64,000 nucleotides of DNA from Armatimonadota bacterium (GTDB lineage: Bacteria; Armatimonadota; HRBIN16), in the NCBI GenBank assembly GCA_026003175.1, contig BPGT01000003.1, forward strand, positions 268,278 to 332,277, given 5' to 3'. Below are positions 21,334-30,669 of this stretch, piece by piece. Under the pieces are notes generated by a model that was given only the letters and a program-made list of their open reading frames with translations, ran no database searches and had not been told where the DNA came from. The translations under genes and the position numbers were made by a program. How positions within the stretch are numbered: position 1 is the first letter of the stretch; each line of letters opens with the position of its first letter.

Positions 21334-21972
21334 CTATACCTCTCGACGCAGGATACTCCACTGCTCGGCGACATCCAGCAGGTCGGGTAGCGGCCGTTGC
21401 CAGAGCCAGCTTTCGCGCACCCAAAAGCCAGACAGCACCGTGCTATGGTAACGTCCTTCGCTATCCGGCTGAAGAGGATGATATAATCCATCCTCGCCGA
21501 GCGTGTACACCCGCATAACCTGCTCAGCAGGATCAATCAACCAGTATTCACACACTCCTGCCTTCTGGTAGTTCTGCAGCTTCTCCTGTGTGTCTCGCAG
21601 CTGGCTTTCGGGTCTGACAATCTCCGCCACCAGGTCTGGAGCGCCGTCCAGGTACGTGGTTCGCATCAGATGTCGACGCGATTCGCTCAGGAAGAAAACG
21701 TCCGGCGAGTAAACCACGTTCAGGACAGGAAGCCGTACGACGAAGGGCTCACCACGAACAATACCAGCCCTGTGGCGTTCTACAAACATGCGTAGGATGG
21801 AACGCAGGAAATCGTTCAGGTCAGCGTGCTGGTCAGATACCGGGCTCAAAAACCTCACCTCTCCCTCTATCCACTCTGCCCATACGTCCTCGTCCGTCCA
21901 CTGAAGGAACTCCTCCAGAGTCATGCGCTCAGGCGGAGCCTGTTTCGGGGGCAGGTTCATCTGCGCTTCCAT
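21334..21972 (-). CDS. Uma2 family endonuclease
   Basis: SPDVFFL, GAPDLVAEIV, AGVCEYWLIDP. Confidence 0.92.
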   Translation of the reverse strand: MEAQMNLPPKQAPPERMTLEEFLQWTDEDVWAEWIEGEVRFLSPVSDQHADLNDFLRSILRMFVERHRAGIVRGEPFVVRLPVLNVVYSPDVFFLSESRRHLMRTTYLDGAPDLVAEIVRPESQLRDTQEKLQNYQKAGVCEYWLIDPAEQVMRVYTLGEDGLYHPLQPDSEGRYHSTVLSGFWVRESWLWQRPLPDLLDVAEQWSILRREV

Positions 21973-21991
21973 CGGTATCCCTCCTCCCCGC

Positions 21992-23086
21992 TCAGGCGTG
22001 CTTCTGGCGGAAGTGCTCCATGAACTCTACCAGCGTACGCACGCCTTCGATGGGCATGGCGTTGTAGATGCTGGCGCGGATGCCTCCTACCGAGCGATGT
22101 CCCTTCAGCTCGTGCAGACCCGCTTCTTTCGCCTGCTGGACGAACGCCGTCTCCAGTTCTTCACTGGGCAGGCGCCACGTGACGTTCATCAGCGAACGGC
22201 TATCGGGCTGCGCGTGCCCGCGATAGAAGCCCTCACTGCGGTCGATGGCGTCATACAGCATCTGTGCCTTTTGCCGGTTAATGGCGTGCATCTGTTCTAA
22301 CCCACCGATGTTCTCCAGTAGCCAGCGCGTTACCAGCATCACGATGTACACCGCGAACACCGGCGGCGTGTTGTACAGCGAGCGATGCTCCGCATGCACC
22401 TTATAGTTGAGCATGGTGGGCAGGTTGTCCGGTACTTGCTCTAACAAATCCTGCCGAATGATGACGATGGTCACCCCCGCAGGTCCTACATTTTTCTGCG
22501 CCCCCGCGTAAATCAGCCCGTAGCGTGCGACGTCGATATGGCGAGACAGGAAGTCCGAAGAAGCGTCGCACACCAGCGGCACGTCGCCCGTCTCCGGTTC
22601 CGACGGGAACTGGATACCCTGAATCGTTTCGTTGGAGGTGAAGTGCACGTACGCTGCGTTGGGGTCTACCTCGTATTCGCCGTGCCCGGGCACACGGCTG
22701 TAGTTCTCGCCTTTGCCGTCCCAGACCACACGCACATTGCCTTCCCGTTGCGCTTCCGCCAGAGCACGCTTCGCCCAGGAACCGGTGACGATGTAATCGG
22801 CAGAGCGCCCCGTGCCGCGCAGGAAGCTCATCGGCACCTGCGAAAACTGCAGGCTAGCTCCACCCTGCAGGAACAGCACGTGGTATTCCGGCGGCAAGTT
22901 CAGCAATCGGCGGATGTTCTCCTCAGCTTGCGCGATAATCTGCTCGAAAGTCTTGGAGCGGTGGCTGATTTCCAGAATGGAAGCGCCCACTCCGGGCAGA
23001 GCAAGCAGATTCTGCTGTACCTCCTGCAGCACCGGCAGCGGTAAGGTCGCTGGCCCTGGCGAAAAATTGAAAACTCGTTCGGTCAT
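21992..23086 (-). CDS. serC: Phosphoserine aminotransferase
   Basis: FNFSPGP, YAGAQKNVGPAG (PLP lysine), LKGHRSVGGIRASIYNA. Confidence 0.97.
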   Translation of the reverse strand: MTERVFNFSPGPATLPLPVLQEVQQNLLALPGVGASILEISHRSKTFEQIIAQAEENIRRLLNLPPEYHVLFLQGGASLQFSQVPMSFLRGTGRSADYIVTGSWAKRALAEAQREGNVRVVWDGKGENYSRVPGHGEYEVDPNAAYVHFTSNETIQGIQFPSEPETGDVPLVCDASSDFLSRHIDVARYGLIYAGAQKNVGPAGVTIVIIRQDLLEQVPDNLPTMLNYKVHAEHRSLYNTPPVFAVYIVMLVTRWLLENIGGLEQMHAINRQKAQMLYDAIDRSEGFYRGHAQPDSRSLMNVTWRLPSEELETAFVQQAKEAGLHELKGHRSVGGIRASIYNAMPIEGVRTLVEFMEHFRQKHA

Positions 23087-23151
23087 TACGGATACCTCAC
23101 TGCGGTTTATTCAGCATAATGGTACCAAATCTCGCTTGCGTTTTGCACGTG

Positions 23152-24156
23152 CTACTCCACCCACAGTCTTGAATCGTGGCGAACCTTCACCGTGCGGGTT
23201 TTGCCTCCGGGTAGTTTACAGCGGATGCTGGCAACATAACCATCTTCCGTCGCTTGCAAAACGGGCGGCTCGCAGCCGCGCAACAGCTCCGGCTTCCAGT
23301 CCAGTTCCTGTAAACTTTTCGCCCAGCGTTTGTGTTTTTCGTGGAACGCCTTCTGCGCATAGTACAGACGCATCAGCTCCGTGCGTGCAGGATATGTATG
23401 GTCTGGGCGGAACCGCGCTCTACCGACGGGAGCCGTGCTGAACTGCACGTAGCCCCAAGTTTCGGGGCGATGCATATTGATAACTCCCTGTGGCGACCAC
23501 ACCCAGTTGTCCTCCGGCATGTTGGGCACCTTCTCGTAGCGTCCGTTCACCACACGTACAAGCCACTCTACTCGCGAGAAGTTGACCCGCCACTGGTCGC
23601 CGTCGCGTGGAGGCACGGGGCAACCCGCGTATTCCGCCAGAGGCTCCCACGGGATGGCTATCTCCACGCTCCAGCCGCGGTCTATATCGTAGGGGTTGTT
23701 CAGGGTGCCATCGACGTGCACTGCTGTCTTCAGGCCAGGAATATCCCACTCTATCAGGGCGGTGCCGCCATCTTTGTAAGGTTTTTCCAGGCGAAGGTCA
23801 AAGACTGTGTTCAGCGCGTTGATTTCCAGCTCGTAGTACTGGTGGTTGTCTCCATCGGGGTCAATGAACACCTCGAAATCGTTATCGCGATAGATAATGG
23901 AGTCGCGCTTTGTCAACGTCGCCCACACGTGCGGTTCTTCCATCTCCGCGCCGACGTAGAAGTACTGGTCGTCCCACAACATCTTGGCACGCGTGCGGAA
24001 GCGTGGACGGGGGCGAATGTCTCCTTCGATATCCACAAAGTACTCTGTCCATGCGGCGTCGCGCCACGCCTCATCATCCAGTTTGCCGTCGATCACTATC
24101 GGTTTGCGCACGCGATAGCAGATGTAATGTCGCGGATAGGGTGCCTCTTTGAGCAT
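23152..24156 (-). CDS. Carbohydrate-binding family 9-like protein
   Basis: IDGKLDDEAW, DNDFEVFIDP, YYELEINALNT, WRVNFSRV. RBS GGGAGG before ATG 24156. Confidence 0.88.
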   Translation of the reverse strand: MLKEAPYPRHYICYRVRKPIVIDGKLDDEAWRDAAWTEYFVDIEGDIRPRPRFRTRAKMLWDDQYFYVGAEMEEPHVWATLTKRDSIIYRDNDFEVFIDPDGDNHQYYELEINALNTVFDLRLEKPYKDGGTALIEWDIPGLKTAVHVDGTLNNPYDIDRGWSVEIAIPWEPLAEYAGCPVPPRDGDQWRVNFSRVEWLVRVVNGRYEKVPNMPEDNWVWSPQGVINMHRPETWGYVQFSTAPVGRARFRPDHTYPARTELMRLYYAQKAFHEKHKRWAKSLQELDWKPELLRGCEPPVLQATEDGYVASIRCKLPGGKTRTVKVRHDSRLWVE

Positions 24157-24244
24157 ATTTTCCGCCTCCCTGTTGCTAATGATGGCTGCGTCTCCGCCTT
24201 GCGCGCGTACTGGGCTCACCGCAACCCCAGAGCACTCTAGCACT

Positions 24245-25549
24245 TTACTGGAGAGTAAACCTCGCATGTTGCTTTTTATCTTTTTGCAGGTGGAAGTGGA
24301 AAACCTGTTTGTGTCCACGCAAGTCGGCTTCCACCTGGTACTGCCCGAAGAACCCCCGCAGGTGTATCTTCCCCTCCTTATCGGTCGTTGCCGAGCAAGA
24401 GGTACGCCACTCCTGCCGAATCAGCTGATGCAGGCGATGCCACGCAGGGCGTGGGGTGCCGTTTTCGTCCAGAAGTCCTCCCTCTGGCAGCCAGATCTCG
24501 TTCCCCTTCAGCCCGAAGTAGACGATTCCCGCCACCTGCGGATGCCCGAACACCGTGCGATAGAACTCCTCCACTGCATCCGCCTGCTGTTCCACACCCC
24601 ACACACCTTTGCGATACTGACCCTGTATGGGTGCACTGGGGGAACAAGAGTAAGCCAGCTCGGTGAAGTAGATAGGCAGTCCCAGCCGCGTGCCGAAAGT
24701 CTCACACGCTTGCCAGAGCTCTTCGGGGGAGGGCCAGTAGGTCGCCGCCCTGTCGTGAGCCTGAATGCCCACCGCGTGCAGGGGAACGCCTTTTTCCAGC
24801 AACATCTCCAGCAGTTGCAGGAACCGCTCGCGGGCGCGGGCATCGGCGAACAGCTCGTACTCGTTCACCAGCAGAGGGGCTTTGGGGTTCGCTTCGTGCG
24901 CCCAGCGGAGGGAATCTGCGACGTATGGGAACACCCTTTCTAAGGGTTCAAAACTATCCTCGGGCTTCTCCCACTCGCCCCACACGCGGCAATGTATGGG
25001 CTCATTCACGACATCCCATACCATGTGCACATCGCGGTAGTCTCGCACCTCGCGCTGGATACGTCGCTTGAGCAGTTCGTACTGGGTAGCGTGGTCGTAC
25101 CGAAACAGCCACAGGGGTTGTGCGGTCTTGGGGTACTCTCCGTACTGCCGACTCCATACCAGCATGTGTCCATAGAAGTGATCGATGCCCTGTGGGATGC
25201 ACCATTCACGGATAAACCGTCTCCTTTCGTCCACAAGGGGCTTGCCTTCGTCGGGTTCGTACTGCCCCCAGTTGAACTCCAGCAGTTCCACGAAGTTGAA
25301 TAGTTCTCGCACGTAGTGCAACGTCTTTTCGTCACGATAGTGGCGCGGGCGCAGCGGCACACCGAACAGGAAATCATGGCGCTGCTGCACCACGCGGACG
25401 GAGACATCCTGTGCGGGCGAACCATTGGGCAGGCGAAACTCCAGGAGTGCTTCCCCTTTGCGATGCTTCTCTATCCCCTCCTTTGATGGAGGGTAGGATA
25501 CTACGTTCTGCATGGTGTTTTGCTCACAGGGTGTACTCTCGGTTCGCAA
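24245..25549 (-). CDS. GH10 family (xylanase-like) glycoside hydrolase
   Basis: GHMLVW, WDVVNEP (acid/base), GIQAH, IYFTEL (nucleophile). Start 25549 or 25513. Confidence 0.87.
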   Translation of the reverse strand: MRTESTPCEQNTMQNVVSYPPSKEGIEKHRKGEALLEFRLPNGSPAQDVSVRVVQQRHDFLFGVPLRPRHYRDEKTLHYVRELFNFVELLEFNWGQYEPDEGKPLVDERRRFIREWCIPQGIDHFYGHMLVWSRQYGEYPKTAQPLWLFRYDHATQYELLKRRIQREVRDYRDVHMVWDVVNEPIHCRVWGEWEKPEDSFEPLERVFPYVADSLRWAHEANPKAPLLVNEYELFADARARERFLQLLEMLLEKGVPLHAVGIQAHDRAATYWPSPEELWQACETFGTRLGLPIYFTELAYSCSPSAPIQGQYRKGVWGVEQQADAVEEFYRTVFGHPQVAGIVYFGLKGNEIWLPEGGLLDENGTPRPAWHRLHQLIRQEWRTSCSATTDKEGKIHLRGFFGQYQVEADLRGHKQVFHFHLQKDKKQHARFTLQ

Positions 25550-25601
25550 GGCTGGTTTTCAACGTGAATGTTTTGGGCATCGGACGGATTTTTGCCCTTC
25601 C

Positions 25602-25631
25602 AGTATACGGGAGAGAAGTAAGCGGTGTCAA
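25602..25631 (-). promoter_or_regulatory. Sigma70-type promoter of the GH10 gene
   Basis: TTGACA (25631-25626)-N18-TATACT (25607-25602). Confidence 0.7.
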
Positions 25632-25639
25632 GCAACAGG

Positions 25640-25825
25640 GAAGGTATTCGAGAATTGTTGAGAAGTTGGTTGTAGCGCAAGGAGAGAGGCGTTCTTGCTA
25701 TCCCTGCCTTACCTCACCCCCGTCCCCTCTCCTACGAGGAGAGGGGCGTTCCCCCTTCCCTTGCAGGGAAGGGGGCAAGGGGGTTAGGTTATCTATCCAT
25801 TCAACCAGCAATTTCGAACACCCTC
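25640..25825 (+). mobile_element. MITE copy 1 (186 bp, TIRs, 9-bp TSD AGCAACAGG)
   Basis: Ends GAAGGTATTCGAGA ... TTTCGAACACCCTC. Direct repeat at 25631-25639 and 25826-25834. Near-identical to copies at 48995 and 51347. Confidence 0.92.
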
Positions 25826-25884
25826 AGCAACAGGACTTCGCCCTGCCGCCGTCGAAAGGTTATGGTCACGGAGGGGGGTAGGCA

Positions 25885-26769
25885 ATGGAAGGTTTCTTCG
25901 CAGCATTGATGAACCAGATATTCTGGCTCTTCCTGATATATTCGTTCCTTGCGCCGCTGGTGAAGCAAAGGATGTTAGAGGCGGCGCGGCTACAGGCGAT
26001 TGCTGCCTTCGAGAGGAAACGGGGCACGCGCGTGATCGCCATGATACATCGGCAGGAGGCGCTGGCGCTGTTTGGTATCCCTCTTTTCCGTTACATCAAC
26101 ATCGAGGACGCCGAAGAGCTGCTGCGCGCAGTGCGGATGACGCCAGCGGACCGTCCGATTGACCTCATCCTGCACACGCCAGGCGGACTGGTGCTTGCCA
26201 GCGAGCAGATTGCGCGAGCCTTGTGTAACCATCCAGCGAAGGTGACCGTGTTCGTACCGCACTACGCGATGTCCGGGGGCACCCTCATCGCTCTCGCCGC
26301 GGATGAGATTGTGATGGACCCTCACGCGGTGTTGGGACCGGTGGACCCGCAGCTGGGCGAGTACCCCGCTGCGTCCATCCTACGAGCCGTGGAGATGAAA
26401 CGTCCCGATCGCGTGGATGATCGCACGCTGATATTAGCCGATGTCGCTCGCAAAGCGATATGGCAGGTACGCCGCCTGCTGGAGGAGATTCTCTCCTCGA
26501 AAATGCCTGAAGAGAAGGCAAAGCAGCTGGCAGCGTTGCTCAGCGAAGGCACATGGACACACGACTATCCCATCTGCGCAGAGGAGGCGAAGGCGATGGG
26601 TCTGCCGGTGAGTACCGACTTCCCCGAAGAGATTCACCGGCTGATGGCGCTGTATCCCCAGCCTGTGCAACGCAAAGCGAGTGTGGACTACGTGCCTATT
26701 CCTTACGAACCGGATACTCGTCCGCAACCGGCGCCTCGCCGACGCACGCGAGGAAGTCGGAGTGTGTAG
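25885..26769 (+). CDS. SDH-family Clp-fold serine protease
   Basis: LILHTPGG, HYAMSGGTLIALAAD, LGPVDPQ, WTHDYPI. Confidence 0.92.
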   Translation: MEGFFAALMNQIFWLFLIYSFLAPLVKQRMLEAARLQAIAAFERKRGTRVIAMIHRQEALALFGIPLFRYINIEDAEELLRAVRMTPADRPIDLILHTPGGLVLASEQIARALCNHPAKVTVFVPHYAMSGGTLIALAADEIVMDPHAVLGPVDPQLGEYPAASILRAVEMKRPDRVDDRTLILADVARKAIWQVRRLLEEILSSKMPEEKAKQLAALLSEGTWTHDYPICAEEAKAMGLPVSTDFPEEIHRLMALYPQPVQRKASVDYVPIPYEPDTRPQPAPRRRTRGSRSV

Positions 26770-26774
26770 CGTTT

Positions 26775-28016
26775 TCACGGTGAGAGGGATTTTCGTAACG
26801 GGCGAGGCTCTGGCTCCTTCGTCACACGCAAACCCGCCCGGTGCATCCCTCGCTGTATCTCTGGACGACGCATAAACAGCTTCCACACGCCTCCGGTACG
26901 ATAGTCCTCTATCGCCAGCAATGCCATACCCAAGTCGATACCGATAACGTCCTTATCCCACCAGTCGCGATCCACATTAAAAGCGTTGCTGAAGCCGTAT
27001 CGCCCCCAGATTCTGGATCTGTAGCGGTCGTACATGGTTTGCATCGCACGGAGGGATTCCTTTGGGGTGAAAATGATGGAACCTATCGGCGCGGTGGGAG
27101 CTACCGTGCCATCAGGCTTGTCCCACATGATTATCGCTGCGTAACCACGATAGCCATCGGGTCCGTCGCAGGCGGTCAACCCCCACACATCCTCATCGAA
27201 AGTTTTGAATCTCTCTTTGTTGTCGATGCAGAACTGCCGACTGGCAAGCGTAGCGTTGACGGAGCTCACCCAGTAGTCCCAGCCCAGTCGGTCGCGGCGC
27301 CCGCGCAGGTCAATATAATGATGCGACATCTGATGCATAAACAACGGTCCGCCTGTCAGGTGCTCATATTTGCCCCGGTAGTTCACCACCGGACGTTCCC
27401 AGGCATCCCACATTCTTTCGGGCAGATTCTGGTGCGGCGCACCCAGAGCGAGGACGTACAGGATAATGTGCTCGCAGTAGGAATGCCAGCGGGTTTTCAG
27501 GAAGCCTTCTTCAGGGCGCCACCCGTGTGAAAGCAGCATCTCGTTGGGTTTGCTGCCGCCATCCGTGCGCATCACGTCGAAGTCTACACGGCGGTAAAAA
27601 CGCTCTACCAGTCGGGCGACCTCTCCTTTGAAAAACTCTGCCGCCAGCAGCGCGCCCGCCAGAAACAGGGCAGTGTCGATAGTGGACACTTCGCAGTTCC
27701 ACACGCGCTTGCCGCTGCGCCAGTCTACGAAGTGGTATAACCAGCCATGGAAGTGGAACATCTCATCCAGCACGAAGCGCAGGGTTTTGAGGGTCCTTTG
27801 TTCAGCCTGCTTGCGCTCCAGCCAGCCCCGCTGGACCGCTACCACGTTCGCTGCCAATGCATACCCTGTGCTGGCAACGCTGGCGATGGTGTAGTCGTCG
27901 GAAGTGAAGTTGCTGGCGCGGTCTTTGGTCAGACCGGTTTCAGGGTGAGACTCGTTCCAGAAAAATCGCCATGCGCGTTCCTGTACTTCGTTCATCAGCT
28001 GCTGGGTATCCATCAT
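26775..28016 (-). CDS. Glucoamylase-family / GH144 beta-1,2-glucanase-like protein
   Basis: SVASTGYAL, HGWLYHF, EVSTIDTA, GPLFMHQ, WGLTACDGP, YGFSNAFN. Confidence 0.85.
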   Translation of the reverse strand: MMDTQQLMNEVQERAWRFFWNESHPETGLTKDRASNFTSDDYTIASVASTGYALAANVVAVQRGWLERKQAEQRTLKTLRFVLDEMFHFHGWLYHFVDWRSGKRVWNCEVSTIDTALFLAGALLAAEFFKGEVARLVERFYRRVDFDVMRTDGGSKPNEMLLSHGWRPEEGFLKTRWHSYCEHIILYVLALGAPHQNLPERMWDAWERPVVNYRGKYEHLTGGPLFMHQMSHHYIDLRGRRDRLGWDYWVSSVNATLASRQFCIDNKERFKTFDEDVWGLTACDGPDGYRGYAAIIMWDKPDGTVAPTAPIGSIIFTPKESLRAMQTMYDRYRSRIWGRYGFSNAFNVDRDWWDKDVIGIDLGMALLAIEDYRTGGVWKLFMRRPEIQRGMHRAGLRVTKEPEPRPLRKSLSP

Positions 28017-28143
28017 TTCTCCTCTGTGCTTACGGTGTGCGGTTTTTCTTGCCCGTCCATCTATACCTGAAAGTTGCGGCGACAGGCAAACGGAACCACT
28101 CTACTCATATCCGAATCATCACGAGTACTCCCATTTGGCACAT

Positions 28144-28174
28144 AAAAGAATGGGCAGGGAAACCCTGCCCATTC
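28144..28174 (-). terminator. Rho-independent terminator after the DUF1559 gene
   Basis: 12-bp perfect stem GAATGGGCAGGG/CCCTGCCCATTC with T-run on the minus strand. Confidence 0.8.
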
Positions 28175-28186
28175 GAGGAGGGTGCT

Positions 28187-29026
28187 TTAGCGCACCTGGC
28201 CGTTAGCCACAGCCTCGCGGAACGTGCGGCACATGGTATCCAGCCAGGTCAGGTCCATGCCGCCGATAATAACGTTACCGTTGGCATCCTTCGCGTAGCC
28301 CCACTTGTTGGTGCCGTCGGGGTTGTCATGGGTGCAGACGGCATCCCATGTGGTCCACTTGGCGTGACCGTCCAGATAGGTAAGGTTCACGGCGCGGTCG
28401 CTGCCTCGGTGGCGTGCTCCAAAGTTGGAGCCAGCGGCACCCCAGTTAGGATCGAACGCCATCCATGGACCATAGTCGGGCCATACGTCTTTGTGCTCGC
28501 CAACGATAAGCGTATTGGCGGGGTACGGGAAGTTGACCTCTGCATAGTTGAAGCCTGCCCACCACTCTCCAGAGCCGACGGGACTGCCCGACTTGAAGAA
28601 CGCATGGTACAGGAAGTAGCTGCGAACGGTCTTCTGTACGGTGGGCGGATAGACTTCGCAATCTACCGTGCCGTTGCCGTCTAAGTCGCCGCTGGTGTCG
28701 TCCAGGGTGCGGTTCAGCGGGTTGGTGGGGCATCTGAACAGATCCCAGTTCTTGATGTAAGGGAATAGCATGTGCTTCCAGTTTGCGTCACAGCCCTGTG
28801 CACACCAGGCGCCCGGGCAGGTTCGACGCATAGGGAGTACCTCGTCGTAGTCCTGCGAGTACATGCGGATGGCAAGTCCAATCTGCTTCATGTTGGATAG
28901 ACAGGACGAAACCCTCGCCGATTCTCGCGCCTGCGAGAACACGGGGAACAGGATCGCCGCCAGGATCGCGATAATCGCGATGACGACGAGCAGTTCGATG
29001 AGCGTAAAAGCTCGGTTGCGATACAT
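28187..29026 (-). CDS. Prepilin-type N-terminal cleavage/methylation protein, DUF1559 with H-X9-DG-type C-terminus
   Basis: [38 protein letters not shown]...[11 protein letters not shown]. Confidence 0.93.
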   Translation of the reverse strand: MYRNRAFTLIELLVVIAIIAILAAILFPVFSQARESARVSSCLSNMKQIGLAIRMYSQDYDEVLPMRRTCPGAWCAQGCDANWKHMLFPYIKNWDLFRCPTNPLNRTLDDTSGDLDGNGTVDCEVYPPTVQKTVRSYFLYHAFFKSGSPVGSGEWWAGFNYAEVNFPYPANTLIVGEHKDVWPDYGPWMAFDPNWGAAGSNFGARHRGSDRAVNLTYLDGHAKWTTWDAVCTHDNPDGTNKWGYAKDANGNVIIGGMDLTWLDTMCRTFREAVANGQVR

Positions 29027-29082
29027 TGGATGTTCGACCTCCTTTTGGATGTAGTGTTAGATGTGTTACCTGTGCTGTTTCC

Positions 29083-29307
29083 CTAACGCCCCGGCGCGCC
29101 TGGTGTTATTGGCGCAGCCACGGGAGTATTGGTTTTGCCGGGTATCACGCCCGGATACATAGGCGGACCGGCGCCCGCCTCCTTTGCCGTCCGCGTGCCG
29201 CGGCTAAAGCTGCCGGTCATCGCCATATAACCCACGATAAGCACGATGACCACCACCACGATAACCGCAATCGCCACGGGCGGACTGACCTCTTTCTTCA
29301 TGTTCAT
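29083..29307 (-). CDS. Small single-pass membrane protein with Pro/Gly-rich tail
   Basis: MKKEVSPPVAIAVIVVVVIVL..., RBS GAGGTG, directly upstream of the DUF1559 gene. Confidence 0.75.
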   Translation of the reverse strand: MNMKKEVSPPVAIAVIVVVVIVLIVGYMAMTGSFSRGTRTAKEAGAGPPMYPGVIPGKTNTPVAAPITPGAPGR

Positions 29308-29329
29308 AGCCTGTCACCTCACCATGTTA

Positions 29330-29346
29330 CATTAACCGATTCAGTG
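29330..29346. promoter_or_regulatory. Putative LacI operator 1
   Basis: CATTAACCGATTCAGTG, close to the palindrome CATTAACCGGTTAATG. Confidence 0.65.
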
Positions 29347-29385
29347 TATTTGAAGCGAAAAGCCCTCCCGTGTACAGATGGCTGC

Positions 29386-30423
29386 TCAGGAACCCCCGCA
29401 AGAGCGGCGAACATCCAGAGTCGGCTCAAACACTCTGGCGACTCGACGAGGGCGTTCGCCGTCTATCAGCCGAGCAAGCGTTCTGACTCCCTCGCGCGCC
29501 ATCTCGTAGATGGGCTGGCGCACGCTGGTTAGAGGTGGGTCGGTGTGGTTGCATACCTCTGTGGAGTCGTAGCCGACCACAGCCACATCCTCCGGGATGC
29601 GCAACCCCAGCTCGCGCATGACCTGCATGGCGCGAATAGCTACATCGTCGCTCCATGCGAAGATGGCTGTCGGCCGGTTGGGAGAGCGCATTATCTCCAC
29701 CAGCGGCGTGGCATCTGAGAGTGGACCGGGCATTTCGATAACCCACCCCTCTTCCGGCTCGATGCCCGCTTCGCGCATCGCCTGCACGTAACCGTGCCAT
29801 CGATCCAGCGCGGGCGCGGAGTGCGAGCTTCCACGCAAATGCACAATCGCGCGATGCCCCAAATCCAGCAGGTGCTTTGTGGCAATATAGCCGCCCTTCA
29901 CGTTGTCGCAATCCACGTAGTACACATCGGGGCGGCGTGCGCGGGTGAAAATGAGCACATGCGGGAAGCCACTATCCGCCAGAATGTCCGACAAGGGGTC
30001 ATCGATGTCGCGCAGGAGCAATGCGCCGTCGATGCGCCCGTCCATCACCGCGTTCGCTTCGTGTTCCGCATCGTCGCCGTGCGCTCCGGTGTACATCATC
30101 AGGTCATACTGCTGTTCAATCGCTTCGTGCGACGCGCCATGCAGCAATTCCAGAATAAATCCCGACCACCCGCCGAAAATCGCTGCGTACTGCATCACCA
30201 CCCCAATAGTGTGCGTGCGCTGCTGGGTCAGCGCACGGGCGACGGCGTTCGGGCGATAACCTAGTTCCCGTATCACCTCCCAGATGCGCCGGCGCGTCTC
30301 GTCGCTGATGCGAACCTTGCCCTCGCGTCCGTTAATCACGTAGGATACGGTGACTTTGGACACGCCTGCTTTCTGCGCCACATCGGCTATGGTCACTCGC
30401 TCGCGTCGCATGGTTCCACTCAT
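29386..30423 (-). CDS. LacI family transcriptional regulator
   Basis: VTIADVAQKAGVSKVTVSYVING HTH, YRPNAVARAL, PPLTSVRQP. Confidence 0.95.
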   Translation of the reverse strand: MSGTMRRERVTIADVAQKAGVSKVTVSYVINGREGKVRISDETRRRIWEVIRELGYRPNAVARALTQQRTHTIGVVMQYAAIFGGWSGFILELLHGASHEAIEQQYDLMMYTGAHGDDAEHEANAVMDGRIDGALLLRDIDDPLSDILADSGFPHVLIFTRARRPDVYYVDCDNVKGGYIATKHLLDLGHRAIVHLRGSSHSAPALDRWHGYVQAMREAGIEPEEGWVIEMPGPLSDATPLVEIMRSPNRPTAIFAWSDDVAIRAMQVMRELGLRIPEDVAVVGYDSTEVCNHTDPPLTSVRQPIYEMAREGVRTLARLIDGERPRRVARVFEPTLDVRRSCGGS

Positions 30424-30472
30424 TAATCGGTTAATGCACTCTTAGTATAGCACCGCTCGCTGAGTTTGTCAA
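30421..30472 (-). promoter_or_regulatory. lacI promoter with operator 2
   Basis: TTGACA (30472-30467)-N17-TATACT (30449-30444), then operator CATTAATCGGTTAATG (30421-30436) over the start codon. Confidence 0.75.
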
Positions 30473-30523
30473 GAGGATAGACCCGATTTCCACAAAATTT
30501 TCGCGAAAAATCTGCAAAATTGC

Positions 30524-30602
30524 TTGACTTTTCTGCAATCTTGTGCTACTGTTTAAAGCAGAGGAGCGGGGATAGAGGTCAGGTTCGTTTTACCGGTTAA
30601 TG
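30524..30602 (+). promoter_or_regulatory. PEP-CTERM gene promoter with operator 3
   Basis: TTGACT-N17-TACTGT with TG extension. TTTTACCGGTTAATG at 30588-30602. Confidence 0.65.
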
Positions 30603-30669
30603 TGCGAGAGCGGCCCTTGCATTCCCCATTCGGAAAATAACTATCCTTAACCAGAAAGGAGGATACACC

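Noticed and set aside
20752-21972. Tandem Uma2 genes as a defence system
   Set aside because: Uma2 paralogues are commonly expanded, and no methylase or other defence partner is adjacent.
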